Source: Mobula hypostoma
Taxonomy: Eukaryota
Assembly: GCF_963921235.1 (NCBI RefSeq)
Contig: NC_086097.1
Location: 225,620,001 to 225,684,000, forward strand
DNA: 64,000 nt
Reading direction: 5' to 3'
Every line of letters starts with the position of its first letter. The stretch's first letter is position 1. Under the pieces are notes generated by a model. It was not told the DNA's origin and searched no databases. It saw nothing but the letters and a program-made list of their open reading frames with translations. The position numbers and the translations under genes were made by a program. This document shows positions 61,000 to 64,000 of this stretch, in pieces.

Positions 61000-63300
61000 T
61001 GGTCTAACCAATAAACCAAATGACGCCCAATTTGTTCTGCCTGCACATGGTCCATAATCTATCCATTTTCTGCATGTCATGTCAATAGCTTCTTAAGCGT
61101 TCTTTCAAATGAGCATCCACCACCATCCCAGGCAGTGCATTCCAAACACCCACCTCTCTCTATGTAAAAAAGGTACCCTTCACATCTCCATTGAAATTAC
61201 CCTCTTTCACTTTAAATGCATGCCCACTGCTATTAAACATTTCAACTGGAAAAAAGATACAGTCTGTCTACTCTATCCAACTCAACCTGCAGTTTAAGAG
61301 GGAGAAGATAAAGTCAGAAGTGCCAGTATTACAGTGGAGTAAAGGGTATTATGCAGGTATGAGAGAAGATCTGGTCAAAGCTGATTGGAAGGGGACACTA
61401 GCAGGGATGATGCCAGAACAGCCATGGGTGGAGTTCCTGGGAGCAATTCAGAAAGTGCAGGATAGACACATTATAAAGTAAAAGAATCCTGAAAAGAGGA
61501 TGAGGCAACCGTGGGTGACAAGGGAAGTTAAAACAGCATGAAGACGTAAGAGAGGGCATACAATAATAAGGCAAAAATATAGTGGGAAGTTTGACGATTT
61601 TGAAATTTTTAAAAACCAACAGAAGGCAATTAAAAAAACATAAGGAGAGAAAAGATGAAATGTGAAGGTAAAGTAGCCAAAAATATCAAAGAGGGCATCA
61701 AAATATTTTTCAGATATATAAAGAGCAAAATTGAGGTTAAAGTGGATATTGGACCACTGGAAAATGACACTGGAGAGGTACAACCAAATGGTGAACGAAC
61801 TTAATAAGTATTTTGCATTGGTCTTCACTGTAGAAGACATTAGCAAAATGCCAGAAATTCGAGAGTGGCAGGGAGCAGACGTGAGTCTAGTTTCTATTAC
61901 TAAGGAGAAGTTGTTTTGGGAGGTGAAAGGTCTAAAGGCAAATAAGTTACCTGGACCAGATGGACTACACTTCAGGGTTCTGCATTAGGTAGCTGAAGAG
62001 ATTGTTGAGGCAGTAGTAATGACCTTCGAAAAATCACTAGGTTCTGGAATGCTTCCAGAGGACTGGAAAATTTCTTTGGCTAAAGAATTTCCTTCTCATC
62101 TCCGTACTAAATAGACATCCCTCTATACTGAGTTTGTGCTGCCTGGTCCTAGATTCATCCACTATAAGAAAGAAACAACTTCTCCAAATCTACCCTGTCT
62201 AGGTCTTTCAATATTCAGTAGATTTCAAGGGGAACCCCACCCCTATTCTTCTAAACCCTAGTGAGTACATGCCCAGAGTCATGTAATGCAGCTCATACGT
62301 TAACGCTTTTATTCCCAAAATTATTCTCCTGAACTTCTTCTAGACCCACTCCAAAGGGTGGAGAATCTGTAGAATTCATTGCCATGGACAACAGTGGAGG
62401 CCAAGTCATTGAGTATATTTAAAGCTGAGGTTGATCAATTCTAGGTTAGTCAATGCCTTGACTAATAAAGGTAAGTATGTCATTTGCCTTCTTAACCACC
62501 CCATCCACCTGAGTAGCCATTTTCAGGGAGCTATGAACTTTAACCTCAGGATCCCTCTGCTCTTCAACACTGTTAAGGGCTTTGCCCTTATCATTGTACT
62601 CTCTCTTCACATTTGACCTACCAAGATGTAACACTTCATATTTGTTAGGGTTAAACTCCATCTGCCATTTCTCTGTCCATATCTGCAACTGATCTATATC
62701 AACTGTATTCCTTGGCAGTCTTCTACACTACCCATAACACCACATTTTCAAGCATTTTTCTTTAGCTCAAAATGCTCTAGCATATTTATAATGTTCCATA
62801 TTGATCTCCATATTCTTTTACTTGGTTAATACTGATGCAAACTATTCATTTAGGAACTTACCCACATCCTCTGCCTGCAAGCACATGTTCTTTCCTTTAT
62901 TTTGGGGTAATCATACTCTCACTCTAGTTATTGCTCCTAATTCTCTTAATTCTTTTCTGCTTTCTTTATATTCCTCAATGGTTCTATTCTATTTTAACTT
63001 CCTATAGCTTACATATACTTCTTTTCCCTTCTTAAATAAATTTGTAACCTCCCTTACCATCTTCAGCCTTTCTTCTTACTGGAAGATACCTGTCCTGCAC
63101 TCTGTCCAGTTGCTCTTTAATGATCCCCCACATGTCAGATGTGATCTTGCCCACAAACAGCTGTTCCCAATTAACTCATTCTTGCTCCTTCCGAATACCC
63201 TTGAATTTGTTCTCCTTCAATTTAATACTTTCCCACAAGGTCTATTTTTATCCTTATTCATAGCTATCATAAAACTTAGGACCTTTTGTTTCCTACTGAC
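61000..63300. mobile_element. Mosaic of decayed CR1 fragments on both strands
   Basis: Plus strand 61285-62075 (LNKYFALVFTVED, PGPDGLH); minus strand 62440-62745 (WQMEFNPNK, KKANDILTFI) and others. Confidence 0.8.
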
Positions 63301-63344
63301 TCTCTGTCACTGAAAAATAAGAAATCTGGCTAGCCAAGCAGAAA

Positions 63345-63910
63345 TGTCAAAGCTCAAAGTTCAAATTAAATTTATTGTCACAATACATACATACAGCATA
63401 CAGTATGTTACCATATACTTCCTTCAGATTCATTTTCTTGCAGACATTTACAGGGAAAAAGAAATACAATAAAATGTTATGAAAAACTACATAAATAGAC
63501 AAAGACTGATAAACATCAATGTGCGATGTTCAAAAAGAAGACAAACTGTGCAGATAAAAATAATACTGAGAGCATGAGTTATAAAGAGTCATTGAGTGTG
63601 AGTCTGTAGCTCAAATAATCAGTTCATAGTAGTGATGAAAGAAGTTATCCATGTCAGTTCAGGAACTTGTCGGTTATTGGGTAATAACTGCTCCTGCAGT
63701 GGTGTGAAACCTAAGTCTTCTGTACCTCCTACCCGACGGCAGTCGTGATAAGCCTGGATGGTGGGGGTCTTTTGTGGTGGAAAGTTTCATATGGCAGCAA
63801 TCCATGTAAATGTACTCAATATTGGGGAGGTCTTTGCCCCTTATGGACAGGGCATTGGCGTTTCCATACCATACACAGACAGTTTTAAGAAACCTTCCTG
63901 GATGCACCTA
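63345..63910 (-). mobile_element. Rex1/Babar LINE 3' end, decayed
   Basis: VWYGNANA...KDPHHPG...LPSGRRYRRL; (TTTGA)n-like tail near 63350. Confidence 0.75.
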
Positions 63911-64000
63911 ACAGTTTGTCCACTTTCTAACACTCATTCACTAAGGAAATCCCCGTTTATTTTACGACAGTTGAAGTCACCCACAGTGACAAACAAACCT

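Noticed and set aside
1..64000. CRISPR array or prokaryotic operon/defence system
   Set aside because: No regularly spaced repeat-spacer array and no dense intact ORFs; all RT and nuclease motifs belong to eukaryotic transposable elements.

Overview
A vertebrate-type genomic window made almost entirely of decayed, often nested transposable elements. I could not support any intact host protein-coding gene, rRNA, tRNA gene or CRISPR array. The repeat mix suggests a cartilaginous fish, probably a ray or shark; this is an inference. It comprises CR1/HER1-like LINEs with an SGNH-esterase ORF1, HE1/V-SINE-like SINEs, Rex1/Babar LINEs, Penelope-like elements (PLEs), RTE LINEs, Tigger/pogo and hAT-Charlie DNA transposons, Gypsy elements with solo LTRs, and one Ty1/Copia remnant. 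Many insertion boundaries are fixed by visible target-site duplications (TSDs). The most notable signals are RNA-level. (1) A 534-bp non-autonomous RTE-like element (59708-60241) starts with an HDV-like ribozyme fold that has an unusual hairpin inserted in L3; two degenerate relatives lie elsewhere in the window. (2) PLE termini carry minimal, dimer-type hammerhead ribozyme motifs, one with an intact core (50316-50353) about 200 nt from a potential substrate half. Other points of interest are a GalEa-like Copia remnant, a near-complete CsRn1-like Gypsy with a tRNA-Trp PBS and CHCC gag motif, a locally GC/CpG-enriched SINE copy, and a ~2.6-kb TE-free, CNE-like island containing a candidate stop-carrying exon. 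All coordinates were read by eye; boundaries without a TSD are approximate.
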